From: Candidatus Micrarchaeota archaeon
Lineage (GTDB): Archaea; Micrarchaeota; Micrarchaeia; Anstonellales; Bilamarchaeaceae
Direction of reading: 5' to 3'
Length of the DNA: 63,235 nt
NCBI GenBank assembly: GCA_964590665.1
Contig: CAZPWA010000002.1
Location: 1-63,235, forward strand
The notes beneath the pieces are model-generated. The model ran no database searches and was not told the origin of the DNA. It saw nothing but the letters and a program-made list of their open reading frames with translations. Numbering within the stretch: the stretch's first letter is position 1; every line of letters starts with the position of its first letter. The translations under genes and the position numbers were made by a program. Shown here in pieces: positions 27,425 to 37,321 of this stretch.

Positions 27425-28299
27425 TTTTCATTTCTTTGGGCGCGCATTTGAGCTAATTGAGTTAGTGTGCTAACAAACCTGACCATTCTTGTGTCAGAAT
27501 AGACATCTAGGTATTGAGAATTTGCTCTTATTCTTTCTGAAATCACTCGAAATGCTCCGGCTGGATCATTTTGTGCAAATGAATCCATCATCCTCTCAAA
27601 AGTTCCTGATCCTAAATTCTGATCAAGTATTCTTTGAACTTCGCTAAAGTTTCCATTCTCGCTAATTATTGCATTTCTTAGTGCTTGTGGTCCAACAACT
27701 CTTTCCATCAATATCATGCTTGCTGTGTGAAATGGATATGTCATTGGTCTTTGGGTTTCATTTGGAAATGTTGATGCAGCAACGTAGTTTGTCATTGCTT
27801 CTTCAAATGCCCTATACGTATGTATTGATCGCACTCTTCCATTGATGTTGTATGTGGTATTATCTCCTCTAAGTATGTGCCCAAGTCCGTGCATAAGTTC
27901 GTGTCTTGATGTTTCAACTTCTCTTTCTGGTTTTGCAACTCCTGCATCTGTGAGTACAAGTATGTTTGCACTTCTTTGTCCAACTAAGGCAACTCCATAA
28001 AGATGCAGGTCTCGATCCGCATCCTCAATTCTAAGCATTCGTCTTGCATCTGCTTCATTCATTCTCACTCCAACTGGATTATATTGTGCAACTGCTCTTT
28101 CGAATCTCGAATCACTATTGAAAAACCCTCGAAGCGTTTGTATTTCTCTGGTTATGTTACTGCTACAATCCTGCATTTGCGTACTTCGCATTCCCCTCTC
28201 ATTTCTCAAATAATTTCTTGCCTGATCGAAATTTTCGACTCTCGTTTCAAATAATCTATCTCCTCTTGCATGTTCATGTGCCAATTGAAATATGATCAT
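27421..28299 (-). CDS. lysine-depleted, Arg-rich HExxH protein (putative zinc metallopeptidase)
   Basis: 292-aa ORF containing SRHELMHGLGH. By my count it has 1 Lys versus about 35 Arg, mostly AGA codons. No signal peptide. Confidence 0.6.
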   Translation of the reverse strand: MIIFQLAHEHARGDRLFETRVENFDQARNYLRNERGMRSTQMQDCSSNITREIQTLRGFFNSDSRFERAVAQYNPVGVRMNEADARRMLRIEDADRDLHLYGVALVGQRSANILVLTDAGVAKPEREVETSRHELMHGLGHILRGDNTTYNINGRVRSIHTYRAFEEAMTNYVAASTFPNETQRPMTYPFHTASMILMERVVGPQALRNAIISENGNFSEVQRILDQNLGSGTFERMMDSFAQNDPAGAFRVISERIRANSQYLDVYSDTRMVRFVSTLTQLAQMRAQRNEN

Positions 28300-28309
28300 T
28301 TTATCACCC

Positions 28310-28600
28310 CTAATCTATTATGACTCCAAAACCCTCTTTTTTCTCGTATGCTTGGGCAATTAGTGATTTTATTTCTGAATCAAAAATCATTGCCAAATCC
28401 GGTCTTTTTTTATTCAAGTTTGAATGCAGCTCTTTGATTTCGGCCATTAAAATTTCAACACTGAACTTGTTTGTGTTGTCTATTTTGTTATCTAGTTCCA
28501 AAATTGCTTTTTGGGTTTTTATGTAATCTTCGTCATATGCGACGTTTTCGATGCTTTGTGCAAGTTCTTCAACTTCCCCAATACTCATCTTTTTTCCCAT
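28310..28600 (-). CDS. small acidic helical protein (chaperone/immunity-like partner of the downstream HExxH gene)
   Basis: 96 aa, rich in Glu/Asp/Lys and helix-like, ending 10 nt upstream of the 27421..28299 gene on the same strand. Confidence 0.5.
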   Translation of the reverse strand: MGKKMSIGEVEELAQSIENVAYDEDYIKTQKAILELDNKIDNTNKFSVEILMAEIKELHSNLNKKRPDLAMIFDSEIKSLIAQAYEKKEGFGVIID

Positions 28601-28640
28601 AAGAAATTCTTTTTAAGAGAAGCTTATAATTATACTTGTT

Positions 28641-28955
28641 ATGAGAAATCTATCAAAATCTCTTGTTTTTGCTTGCGCTTTATCCTCTTGTCTTGGTCCG
28701 CTTCCCCCTCTAAATCGTGCACCTGTTAGGTCCTTAACTCCTCTCACTGAACTGCATTTTGATTCCAGTTCTAATCATCTTCCCTGCGGTGTTCTTGGAG
28801 AACGAGTCTTGGCCGGGATGGATCGAAACATGACCTTAGATCAAATTGGTCGTGAATTAAACACTCCCATTCCCGATGTAATTATGAGCGCATGTTGTCT
28901 TATTAGGCACAATCAAATCCGCTCCGAATCCTTAGCTCCGGCCTGCGGTCTTTAA
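28641..28955 (+). CDS. small Cys-rich putative lipoprotein, lysine-free mature part
   Basis: Signal peptide with lipobox-like ALSSC. The only Lys lies in the signal n-region. Several more Cys occur in the mature part. Confidence 0.45.
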   Translation: MRNLSKSLVFACALSSCLGPLPPLNRAPVRSLTPLTELHFDSSSNHLPCGVLGERVLAGMDRNMTLDQIGRELNTPIPDVIMSACCLIRHNQIRSESLAPACGL

Positions 28956-28993
28956 TCATCTCTCTTTATATATTTCTCTTTCTTTAGGCATTT

Positions 28994-29248
28994 ATGTCTG
29001 ATTTGTTTGGAATTTTGGGTTTAACCCTTTTGCTTCTAAGCTGGATTCATGAGGCATATCAGACCGTAAAAACAAAAGAAGCAAAAGTTCCCCTTGAATT
29101 CTGCGTTCTTTATTTTGTTGCAAGCCTTTTCCTAACTTACCACGCTTATCTTCTTTCAGATCTTATCTTTATGGTGCTTAATCTTGCAACTTCCCTCATT
29201 TCGCTTCTTAATTTATACTATATAATTAAGTTTCCACGCAAGGTTTAG
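28994..29248 (+). CDS. small 3-TM membrane protein (PQ-loop/SemiSWEET- or LAB_N-like)
   Basis: 84 aa with three hydrophobic helices. The segment WIHEAYQTVKTKEAKVPLEF between TM1 and TM2 resembles PQ-loop-type proteins. Weak call. Confidence 0.35.
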   Translation: MSDLFGILGLTLLLLSWIHEAYQTVKTKEAKVPLEFCVLYFVASLFLTYHAYLLSDLIFMVLNLATSLISLLNLYYIIKFPRKV

Positions 29249-29392
29249 TGCGGTTTAATTCCTTTTTGTTCAAGACAAAACCTTTAAAAACCTCAGCCAA
29301 CTAAATCAGTTTATACTTTTTCTAAAGGTAGTAATGTAAATTACTCTCTTAAACAAGAAAAAGAAATTATGTGTATTTAGGAGGTTATGAAT

Positions 29393-30658
29393 ATGGCAAA
29401 GAAAGAACACTTGAACTTAGTGTTTATCGGACACGTCGATGCAGGTAAATCGACAACAGTAGGTAGAATTTTGTATGAAACAGGCGCAGTTTCTGAGCAG
29501 GTTTTAAACAAATTGAAGGAAGAAGCATCCCGGTTAGGTAAGGCAACTTTCGAATTTGCATTCGTTATGGACTCTTTAAAAGAAGAAAGAGAACGTGGTG
29601 TTACTATCGACATTTCTCACAGAGAATTCGAAACACCAAAGTACCACTGTACTATTATTGATGCTCCAGGCCACAAAGACTTCGTTAAGAACATGATTAC
29701 TGGTGCTTCTCAAGCAGATGCAGCATTCTTGGTAGTTTCAGTTAAAGATGGTGTTCAGCCACAAACAAAAGAACACGCATTCTTGGCAAAGGTTTTGGGT
29801 GTATCTCAATTTGCAGTCAACATGAACAAGATGGATGCAGTTGGATACAAAAAAGAAGAATTCGACAAAGTCAAGGGCGAAGTCGAAAAGATGCTCAAAT
29901 CAATTGGTTACAAGACTGAAACAGTCCCATTCATTCCAGCATCATCATATGGTGGAGACAACATTACAAAGAAATCTCCAAACATGACTTGGTACACCGG
30001 TCCAACAATCATCGAAGTTATCGATTCATTCAAGGTTCCAGCAAAGCCAATTGACAAGCCATTAAGATTACCAGTTCAGGATGTTTTCACAATTACTGGT
30101 CACGGTACTGTTCCAGTTGGAAGATTGGAAGCAGGAAAAATGAAGCCAGGAGACATGGTAGTTGTCATGCCAGGTGGCGCAAAAGGTGAAGTTAAGAAGA
30201 TCGAAATGCACCACCAAGAATTGCCAGAAGCAATTTGCGGAGACAACGTTGGTTTCAACATCAAGGGTATTGAAAAGAAGGACATGAAGAGAGGAGATGT
30301 TATCGGTCCAGCAAATCACCCACCAGTTGTTGCAGCTGAATTCACTGCACAAATCATTGTCTTGAACCACCCAACTGCAATCACAATTGGTTACACTCCA
30401 GTTTGTCACATCCACACTGCACAATTTGCAGGTAAGATTACTGAACTAGTTGAAAAGAAGGATCCAAAGTCCGGTCAATCAGCTGGTAAACCAGAATTCT
30501 TAAAAACTGGTGATGCAGCAGTCGTAAAGATCCAACCATTAAAACCAATGGTAATTGAAAAATTCTCCGACTTCCCAGCATTGGGTAGATTCGCAATCAG
30601 AGATATGGGTCAAACTGTTGCAGCTGGTATCATCTTGGATGTCAAACCAAAGCAATAA
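29393..30658 (+). CDS. tuf: translation elongation factor EF-1 alpha
   Basis: [17 protein letters not shown] and NKMD across a full-length protein. The SD aggagg (29379-84) favours ATG 29393 over the track start at 29387. Confidence 0.98.
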   Translation: MAKKEHLNLVFIGHVDAGKSTTVGRILYETGAVSEQVLNKLKEEASRLGKATFEFAFVMDSLKEERERGVTIDISHREFETPKYHCTIIDAPGHKDFVKNMITGASQADAAFLVVSVKDGVQPQTKEHAFLAKVLGVSQFAVNMNKMDAVGYKKEEFDKVKGEVEKMLKSIGYKTETVPFIPASSYGGDNITKKSPNMTWYTGPTIIEVIDSFKVPAKPIDKPLRLPVQDVFTITGHGTVPVGRLEAGKMKPGDMVVVMPGGAKGEVKKIEMHHQELPEAICGDNVGFNIKGIEKKDMKRGDVIGPANHPPVVAAEFTAQIIVLNHPTAITIGYTPVCHIHTAQFAGKITELVEKKDPKSGQSAGKPEFLKTGDAAVVKIQPLKPMVIEKFSDFPALGRFAIRDMGQTVAAGIILDVKPKQ

Positions 30659-30806
30659 TTTAATCTTTTTTACTTATTTTCTAATTTTTATCAAGGAATA
30701 AATATGTTTTCTTCAATTACAATTTGTAAAAATAAACCTAAATCAGCACTTTACGCTCCTTTTGGTTTGTTTTTTGTGAGGTAATTTTCTGTCAGGTTTT
30801 TCATTA

Positions 30807-32051
30807 TTGAACATTTCGCAAAAAATTCTTTTGGCTTTGAATGAATTAGGTTTTACTGAACCAACAACTGTTCAGCAAAAAACAATTCCTCTTATGGTAT
30901 CTGGTACTCATCTTTTGGTTCGATCCCAAACTGGAACTGGAAAGACTGCTGCTTTTGGAATAGGTCTAATTGAGCGTTATTTACAAGGAAAATCAAAGCA
31001 TGCACTGGTCTTAACTCCAACTCGTGAACTTGCAGTCCAAGTGGCAAATGAAATTCAAAGTCTTTCAAAACACACTCAAATAAACATTCCTGTCGTTTAT
31101 GGCGGATCCAGTATGGATGTGCAGATTGCATCGATTCGGCAGGGTATGCCAATTCTTGTTGCAACTCCTGGGCGGCTTTTAGATATTTCAAGACGCGGAG
31201 AAATAGATCTTTCCAAATTCGATACTGTTGTTCTTGATGAAGCAGACCAAATGCTGGATATGGGTTTTATTGAAGATGTTTCTTTTATTTTGGATTCTGC
31301 AAAAAAATGCAACCCCTTAATTGTTTTAATTTCAGCAACTCTTGATTATGCAGTTATGCAGGTTGCAAACAAATATTTAGTTAATCCAAAAACGATTGAA
31401 GTCGGTGACGTTTCTGTTGCATCTACTGTTGAGGAAGAATATATTGAAGTTACGGATATGGAAAAACTTTCCCGCTTGGTTGAAATTCTTCATAATCATC
31501 AGGGTCAAAAAATCCTTATCTTTAGAGAAACAAAAATGGCTGTTTCACGTTTAGAATATGATCTTCAACGAAAAGGATTCAAAGTAGGATCTCTTCAAGG
31601 AGATCTTTCTCAATCTAGGCGAAATGCAGTTATTGAAGCAATCAAAGAGGGTTCTTTGGACATTTTGGTTGCAACAAATGTCGCATCTCGTGGTCTTCAT
31701 ATTGATAATTTGAATTTAGTCATTAATTATGATCCCGCACAATCTGCAGATGCACACGTTCATCGTGTTGGGCGAACTGGTCGTATGGGAAGCGAAGGAA
31801 AGGCAATTACTTTTGTTCGAAAAAGCGAATCAAAAGAATCAAGAATGTCTGATGATCACCCTGATTTTGCCTGGATGAAAGGAGGAAATCCAACTTCAAC
31901 TTATCAAAACCAAAGAAGGTATCCAGACCGAAGATCAAGTTCCTCATCCCGATTTGGCTACTCTCAAAATCGCTCAGAAAATCGAAATTCTTCTGAATCT
32001 TCTGGAGAAAACCCCCCAAGAAAAAGATTCCATAAAACAAGAAGATACTGA
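30807..32051 (+). CDS. DEAD-box ATP-dependent RNA helicase
   Basis: Q motif (FTEPTTVQ), Walker A (SQTGTGKT), DEAD (VLDEAD), SAT and HRVGRTGR, with an R/S-rich C-terminal tail. TTG start. Confidence 0.93.
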   Translation: MNISQKILLALNELGFTEPTTVQQKTIPLMVSGTHLLVRSQTGTGKTAAFGIGLIERYLQGKSKHALVLTPTRELAVQVANEIQSLSKHTQINIPVVYGGSSMDVQIASIRQGMPILVATPGRLLDISRRGEIDLSKFDTVVLDEADQMLDMGFIEDVSFILDSAKKCNPLIVLISATLDYAVMQVANKYLVNPKTIEVGDVSVASTVEEEYIEVTDMEKLSRLVEILHNHQGQKILIFRETKMAVSRLEYDLQRKGFKVGSLQGDLSQSRRNAVIEAIKEGSLDILVATNVASRGLHIDNLNLVINYDPAQSADAHVHRVGRTGRMGSEGKAITFVRKSESKESRMSDDHPDFAWMKGGNPTSTYQNQRRYPDRRSSSSSRFGYSQNRSENRNSSESSGENPPRKRFHKTRRY

Positions 32052-32065
32052 TTTTTTTACTTATT

Positions 32066-32737
32066 TTAGCTTCTTGCTCTTCTGGGTATCGCATCCCTGT
32101 GTTCTGCTAAAAATGCATGCCTCGATTCTCTAAGTGCGGCCGTATCTATTACGACATCTCTCCCCCCATCTGGGTTTGGAAGAATTGTTGCCCTTGAACC
32201 AAGCTCTCGTATAAAATCAATTGCTAAATCTGGTCTTGGAACCGATCCTGGCGGATACGAATTTACCATAGTTGGAAGCATCAAATCCGCAAGCTGCGGA
32301 TTAACTTCTCTGACCATAACATACCTGGTCAAATTTATCCTAAAAACTTCTGTCTCATTTTCATTTCGAGGGTTAATTATTCCCAAATTTCCTGCCGATC
32401 TGTTTATCCCTCTTATTGATGTTTCAAAACTATATTGGTCCATGTTTCCAGAACTTCGTGATGTGAAATATGTTCCAATAACTTGAGCCATTGTCTCATT
32501 ATTTATTCTGCCTGCTCTAAAATTGAGGTTTTCTGTTGCAAATTCTCGAATTTTTAGCGCTAAGTTTGCTGCATTATATTCCAAAGATCCGACTCGAAGC
32601 CTCTCCTGAGGTGGATTCATGACATACTGACGAACCAAATTTTCATCAAAACCGAAAACTCTTGCCACCTGCCCGACTAGTAAGCTTTGGCTTTGCGTTA
32701 ACTCCTCGCGCATTCTTACTGGTTCCATCATTGCCAT
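32066..32737 (-). CDS. lysine-depleted, Arg-rich hypothetical protein
   Basis: 223-aa ORF with 1 Lys and about 26 Arg by my count. No signal peptide and no motif recognised. Confidence 0.55.
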   Translation of the reverse strand: MAMMEPVRMREELTQSQSLLVGQVARVFGFDENLVRQYVMNPPQERLRVGSLEYNAANLALKIREFATENLNFRAGRINNETMAQVIGTYFTSRSSGNMDQYSFETSIRGINRSAGNLGIINPRNENETEVFRINLTRYVMVREVNPQLADLMLPTMVNSYPPGSVPRPDLAIDFIRELGSRATILPNPDGGRDVVIDTAALRESRHAFLAEHRDAIPRRARS

Positions 32738-32836
32738 TTTTTCGACCTATTTTTCAATTCTCTTTTAGTTCTTTTTAATCTTTGTCTCATTTTATTTTTA
32801 CACCTATTTTTATTTGTTTTTGGATATTTTTCCTGT

Positions 32837-34129
32837 ATGATTAGCCAGATCTCAAAAATATTTCTTGAAAAATTGGAAGGAAAGGAAGTTTCTCTTCGTG
32901 GTTGGGTTTATCGAACCAGATCCAGCGGAAACATGGTCTTTGCTGTTGTTCGTGATTCAAGCGGCATCATGCAAGTAACGGTAAAAAAAGATAAGGTTCC
33001 TGAAAAAGATTGGCTTGCTGCAACATCTGCTTATGTTGAAAGTTCACTTATTGTTCGTGGTGTTGTAAAAAAGGATGAAAGGGCTCCAGGTGGATATGAA
33101 ATACAGGCAACTGGATATGAATTAATTTCACAGGGTGAGCCATTTCCAATTTCAAAGGATCTTTCTGAAGAATATCTATTGGATGTTAGGCACCTGTGGC
33201 TTAGATCTCAAAAAATGACAAACATAATGAAGGCAAGATCATACATTGTAAACTATTTACGCGAATTTTTTGCAAAAGAGGAATTTTTCGAATTGCCTCC
33301 TCCAATTATTACTAAATCAGGCTGCGAAGGCGGAGCAACCCTCTTTGAAATGAACTACTTTGGAGAGCCAGCATACTTGACTCAATCTTCGCAAATGTAT
33401 GCAGAGGTTTTCATCTACTCTCATGAAAAAGTCTATGTTCTTGCTCCTTCTTTTAGGGCTGAAAAATCAAGAACTATTAGACATTTGGCAGAATATTGGC
33501 ACCTAGAGCCTGAAATGGCATTTTATGATCAAAAAATGAACATGGAACTTCAGGAAAGAATGGTTCATCATGTTGTTTCAAATATGGTCAAGCACCACCC
33601 AGAACTTCTAAAAGCATGCGGGAGAGACCCACTTGATTTGGAAAAAGTAACTCTTCCTTTTGATCGATTGGATTATTCAAAAGCAGTTGATCGGGTTAAT
33701 GAACTTGGCGGCAAAATGAATCATGGCGAAGATTTCGGTGCTGATGAAGAAGCACTTTTAACAAAAGACACATTTAAACCTCTCTTCATTCACAACTTCC
33801 CCAAAGATATTAAGGCATTTTACATGAGGGAAGATCCAAACAAACCCGGAACTGTTTTGAATGCTGATTTGCTTGCTCCCCAAAAGCACGGTGAAATCAT
33901 CGGAGGCTCCGAAAGAATCTGGCACTACGATGAATTAATCACTCGTATGAAAGAGCAGAACTTAAAAATTGAAGATTACCAGTGGTACGTTGATTTAAGA
34001 AAATACGGGAGTGTTCCTCACTCTGGTTTTGGCTTGGGCGTTGAGCGATTGGTCAAGTGGACTTTGAACTTGGATCACATTAGAGATACTATCCCATTCC
34101 CAAGAACAATCAACCGCTGTTACCCATAA
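32837..34129 (+). CDS. asnS: asparaginyl-tRNA synthetase
   Basis: Class IIb core with FRAEKSRTIRHLAEYWHLEPEMAF and GGSERI...WYVDLRKYGSVPHSGFGLGVERL, the WY.DLR.YG..PH pattern that favours AsnRS over AspRS. Confidence 0.85.
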   Translation: MISQISKIFLEKLEGKEVSLRGWVYRTRSSGNMVFAVVRDSSGIMQVTVKKDKVPEKDWLAATSAYVESSLIVRGVVKKDERAPGGYEIQATGYELISQGEPFPISKDLSEEYLLDVRHLWLRSQKMTNIMKARSYIVNYLREFFAKEEFFELPPPIITKSGCEGGATLFEMNYFGEPAYLTQSSQMYAEVFIYSHEKVYVLAPSFRAEKSRTIRHLAEYWHLEPEMAFYDQKMNMELQERMVHHVVSNMVKHHPELLKACGRDPLDLEKVTLPFDRLDYSKAVDRVNELGGKMNHGEDFGADEEALLTKDTFKPLFIHNFPKDIKAFYMREDPNKPGTVLNADLLAPQKHGEIIGGSERIWHYDELITRMKEQNLKIEDYQWYVDLRKYGSVPHSGFGLGVERLVKWTLNLDHIRDTIPFPRTINRCYP

Positions 34130-34168
34130 TCTCCTTTCTTTTTATTTTTTCTTAATTATATTCTTATT

Positions 34169-34588
34169 ATGGATCCATGTGTTTTTTGTAAAATTGTTTG
34201 TGGCGAAATTTCATCAACCAAAGTTTATGAGGATGATTTGGTTCTCTCTTTTATGGATATCAATCCGATAAATCTGGGTCATTTATTAGTTATTCCAAAA
34301 AAACATTCTCGTTTGGTTCGTGATATGGATCCAAAAACCTCTGCTCATTTATTTGAAATTGCCCAGAAAATAAGTTCTGCAATGCGCCTAAGTGGCATAA
34401 ATTGCGAAGGGATTAATTTTTTGATTAATGATGGTCGATCTGCTGGTCAGGAAGTTGAACATACTCACTTACATCTGATCCCACGATTCTCTGGAGATAA
34501 ATTCAAAGTTTCATTCATCTCTTCAATTGAGAGGCCAAAAAGAGAAGTTCTGGATGAAATTTCTAAAAAAATAAAATATAAAATTTAG
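34169..34588 (+). CDS. HIT-family (histidine triad) hydrolase
   Basis: CVFCKI at the N-terminus and the histidine triad HTHLHLIP. Confidence 0.9.
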   Translation: MDPCVFCKIVCGEISSTKVYEDDLVLSFMDINPINLGHLLVIPKKHSRLVRDMDPKTSAHLFEIAQKISSAMRLSGINCEGINFLINDGRSAGQEVEHTHLHLIPRFSGDKFKVSFISSIERPKREVLDEISKKIKYKI

Positions 34589-34595
34589 TTTTCTA

Positions 34596-35291
34596 TTAAA
34601 TTGAAATTACAATCGCAACCATTTCAAAAATAGCTGCGCTCATTTTTCCATCATTTTTTACTCTTGCATTTGCTGCAACATATCTGCTTGTGCTAGTGAT
34701 ACTTTCAAATCCCCCCTCTGTCTCTATAAACATTGTGTGAAGCAAATCTTCTGCCTTAACTAATGAAACTCGTGAATTTGGGGTTTGGACTAAAGTATTT
34801 GATTTTAGGTATTCCAAACGGTATTTTTCCACTCCTTTTTCAAAACCCTCTTGATCAAAAGCTCCTTTATCGAAAATTCCTCCAAAATGCACTCTTTCAA
34901 GATCTCCAAAATCTAATGTTGCATTTGGAAATATTCCATTTCCAAGAGTTGCCTCAATCATCTCTCTTCTCCCTTTTGCATCCTTTGCTCCTTTTATTTG
35001 GGCAAGAAGTTTAAATCCGCTTTTATCCAAATATCTTGCTGGAATGGTTTCTTCTCTTGGGGCATTTCTAAGTCGATTAATCACATTTTTTAAATCGATC
35101 AAATCCTCTCTAACTCCTTTTTTCAATTTATCTGCTTCTTCAATTACTCCTTCTAAAAGCGCTCCAAATCTTTTTGTTTCCACTTCTTTAGATGCAACTC
35201 CTCTGCATCTTTTCAATTTGTCTCCATTTGCATCTTCAAAACGAGCTAGGAATCTGACACTGTGAACTCGTGTATTTGCTTGGGTAATCAT
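34596..35291 (-). CDS. hypothetical protein
   Basis: 231-aa ORF with ordinary composition. No motif recognised. Confidence 0.5.
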   Translation of the reverse strand: MITQANTRVHSVRFLARFEDANGDKLKRCRGVASKEVETKRFGALLEGVIEEADKLKKGVREDLIDLKNVINRLRNAPREETIPARYLDKSGFKLLAQIKGAKDAKGRREMIEATLGNGIFPNATLDFGDLERVHFGGIFDKGAFDQEGFEKGVEKYRLEYLKSNTLVQTPNSRVSLVKAEDLLHTMFIETEGGFESITSTSRYVAANARVKNDGKMSAAIFEMVAIVISI

Positions 35292-35345
35292 GATTTTATT
35301 TTGTGGTTATCTATTTATATTCATGTTGCTTAACTATTTCTATTA

Positions 35346-35852
35346 ATGATCATTTCTACTCGTACAAACTATCGAAAATTATGTGATGCTGTTCATGGAG
35401 TTGACAAATCTTCAGTTTCTCCAAAGCATGATTTTACTCTCTATTATGATCTTCTTTCTGAGCACCCTGTCGGTTTACAAATGGTTTCACGAAGGTTTCA
35501 CTCTGGAGGTTCCGATTCTCTTGCATTTTTATCTTCTGATGGAAAAAGCGTAGTCAAAGTCACCAGACGAAAACTTCCAAATGATGCAGGAAAACGACCT
35601 TTTGATCTTCCTTTTTCTGATTTTCATGAGTTGGGAATTGTCGGCAAAGCAACCAAGTTTTTCGTTTATAGACAACCTTTGGTTCAAATGTCCGTTTCAA
35701 TTGAAGCTCTTGATCGATTCTGCGATTTTGTCCGATCCTGCGGTTATCGGGAAACTGATCTTAAGGGACGCTTAGATCAAGTGGGTTATGATTCTGATGG
35801 TTCTGTTAAATTAGTTGATTACTTTGCAGTTAGTTCTAGATTTTTAAAATAA
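35346..35852 (+). CDS. hypothetical protein (weak minimal protein-kinase-like pattern)
   Basis: 168 aa. GGSDSLAFLSSDGKSVVKVTRR resembles a G-loop plus VxK, and SVKLVDYFAVS resembles a DFG-like strand. The catalytic HxD/N is not evident. Confidence 0.4.
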   Translation: MIISTRTNYRKLCDAVHGVDKSSVSPKHDFTLYYDLLSEHPVGLQMVSRRFHSGGSDSLAFLSSDGKSVVKVTRRKLPNDAGKRPFDLPFSDFHELGIVGKATKFFVYRQPLVQMSVSIEALDRFCDFVRSCGYRETDLKGRLDQVGYDSDGSVKLVDYFAVSSRFLK

Positions 35853-35873
35853 GAATTTTTAAAAAGTAAAAAA

Positions 35874-36335
35874 TTATTCATCTGAAGCGTAAAGGAAACC
35901 TTCAGTTATGAGTTTGTAGTTGAAAAGCTCTTCGTTTTTAAAGAATCTTGCAACTTCCTTAACTGCGGCTTCTTTAGAATCTGATGCATGGATAATATTT
36001 CTTGAAGTGCTGTTTGAAAAGTCTCCTCTAATTGTTCCTGCTGGAGCTTTTGAAGCATTTGTTGGTCCGACAATGTTTCGGATAACTTCGACTGCTTCCT
36101 TTCCTTCAACAACTACTGCGACTACTGGGTTCTCAGTCATGAATTTTTCCAAATCTGGATAAAATGGCTTTGAAACCAAATGTGCATAGTGCTCTTTAGC
36201 TAAAGCAGGGGAGATCTTAATCATCTTTAATCCGACAATTTTGAATCCCTTGACTTCAAACCTTTCAAGAATTCTTCCAATTAGCCCTCTCTGGAGCGAA
36301 TCAGATTTTAATAAAAGCAAAGTTCTTTCCTTCAT
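35874..36335 (-). CDS. ndk: nucleoside diphosphate kinase
   Basis: ERTLLLLKSDSLQRGLIGRILERFE...GTIRGDF...NIIHASDS (active-site His). Confidence 0.95.
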   Translation of the reverse strand: MKERTLLLLKSDSLQRGLIGRILERFEVKGFKIVGLKMIKISPALAKEHYAHLVSKPFYPDLEKFMTENPVVAVVVEGKEAVEVIRNIVGPTNASKAPAGTIRGDFSNSTSRNIIHASDSKEAAVKEVARFFKNEELFNYKLITEGFLYASDE

Positions 36336-36339
36336 AAAA

Positions 36340-36585
36340 TCACTTTTTTGATTTTACTGCAGGAGCTTTTACTTCTTTCTTTGCCTTTATTGCAGAATCT
36401 ACTTTGAATTGTCTTGCTGCAGGAGTCCATTTGACCCTTCTTCCTTCTCTTCCTAATTTAAGGAAATTTTTCTTTTCCTTACTTGAGAAGAAGTGCATTA
36501 CTGTACCATCTTTTTTGATGTACATTATGCCAGTGCCCTTTGGAATCTCCTTGCCAGAAAATGAACATTTAACCATTGTTTTCAC
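36340..36585 (-). CDS. rpl24e: 50S ribosomal protein L24e
   Basis: [38 protein letters not shown]. The likely start is the Met at 36576. Confidence 0.9.
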   Translation of the reverse strand: MKTMVKCSFSGKEIPKGTGIMYIKKDGTVMHFFSSKEKKNFLKLGREGRRVKWTPAARQFKVDSAIKAKKEVKAPAVKSKK

Positions 36586-36800
36586 CTGGCTTTAATTTCC
36601 TTAGCTTCTCGGTCAGTGTCCAAAAGAACTACGATCATTCCTTCTTTGACTGGACCTTTGATATTTCTCAATATGACTCTTCCTGCATCCGGACCTTCAA
36701 GAACCTTACAAAGAACCTGGTATATTTCGCCATATACTCCAGTTTTTGCGCGAATCTCTACGATCTCGGCAGGATATCCTTCATCTGCCATGAATATCAC
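36582..36800 (-). CDS. rps28e: 30S ribosomal protein S28e
   Basis: [50 protein letters not shown]. Confidence 0.92.
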   Translation of the reverse strand: MIFMADEGYPAEIVEIRAKTGVYGEIYQVLCKVLEGPDAGRVILRNIKGPVKEGMIVVLLDTDREAKEIKAR

Positions 36801-36809
36801 ACCTTAAAA

Positions 36810-37178
36810 TTACTTCTTCTTCTCGTGCTTTGGAAGCTTCTTGATGATGTCCTGCAATTTTTCGGTTGCTGCGCCTGGGTTTTCAACTGCGACTGCAGAT
36901 GTTCCGACTGCAATTCCAACTGCTCCTCCCAAATCTTTCTTGGTTGGAACAAACACGTATGGAATTCCGTTTTCCTTGCATAATGCTGGAATATGGACAA
37001 CTATTTCTTCTGGAGTAACATCTCCTGCAACGACAACTAATTGTGCTGTTTTTCTTTCAATTGCCTTTGTGGTTTCGTTAATTCCTTTTTTAACTTTTCC
37101 TCCATCTTTTGCGACGGAAAGCATTTCAACTACTTGTGGAACCAATTCTGCTGGAACTTCATAATCTACGTATCCCAT
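36810..37178 (-). CDS. rpl7ae: 50S ribosomal protein L7Ae
   Basis: KKGINETTKAIERKTAQLVVVAGDVTPEEIVVHIPALCKENGIPYVFV. It heads the conserved L7Ae-S28e-L24e-ndk cluster. Confidence 0.95.
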   Translation of the reverse strand: MGYVDYEVPAELVPQVVEMLSVAKDGGKVKKGINETTKAIERKTAQLVVVAGDVTPEEIVVHIPALCKENGIPYVFVPTKKDLGGAVGIAVGTSAVAVENPGAATEKLQDIIKKLPKHEKKK

Positions 37179-37321
37179 AATTTACACCTCATATTTTCAT
37201 CGGTGCTAGATTTTACTATTGTATATTTCTATAATTAGTCTCTAGCTTTCAAATATTGAACTTAAGTGTTTAAATATCTTATCTTCTCTAACTTCTTGAT
37301 TTTATTAAATGAGTATTATAT

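Noticed and set aside
27421-32737. Explanation of the Lys-poor/Arg-rich ORFs as recent horizontal transfers from a high-GC donor
   Set aside because: Their Arg codons are predominantly AGA and overall codon choice looks native and AT-rich. A recent high-GC import should show CGN/GC3-rich codons. Ancient transfer followed by amelioration cannot be excluded, but it would not explain why AGA has not drifted to AAA.
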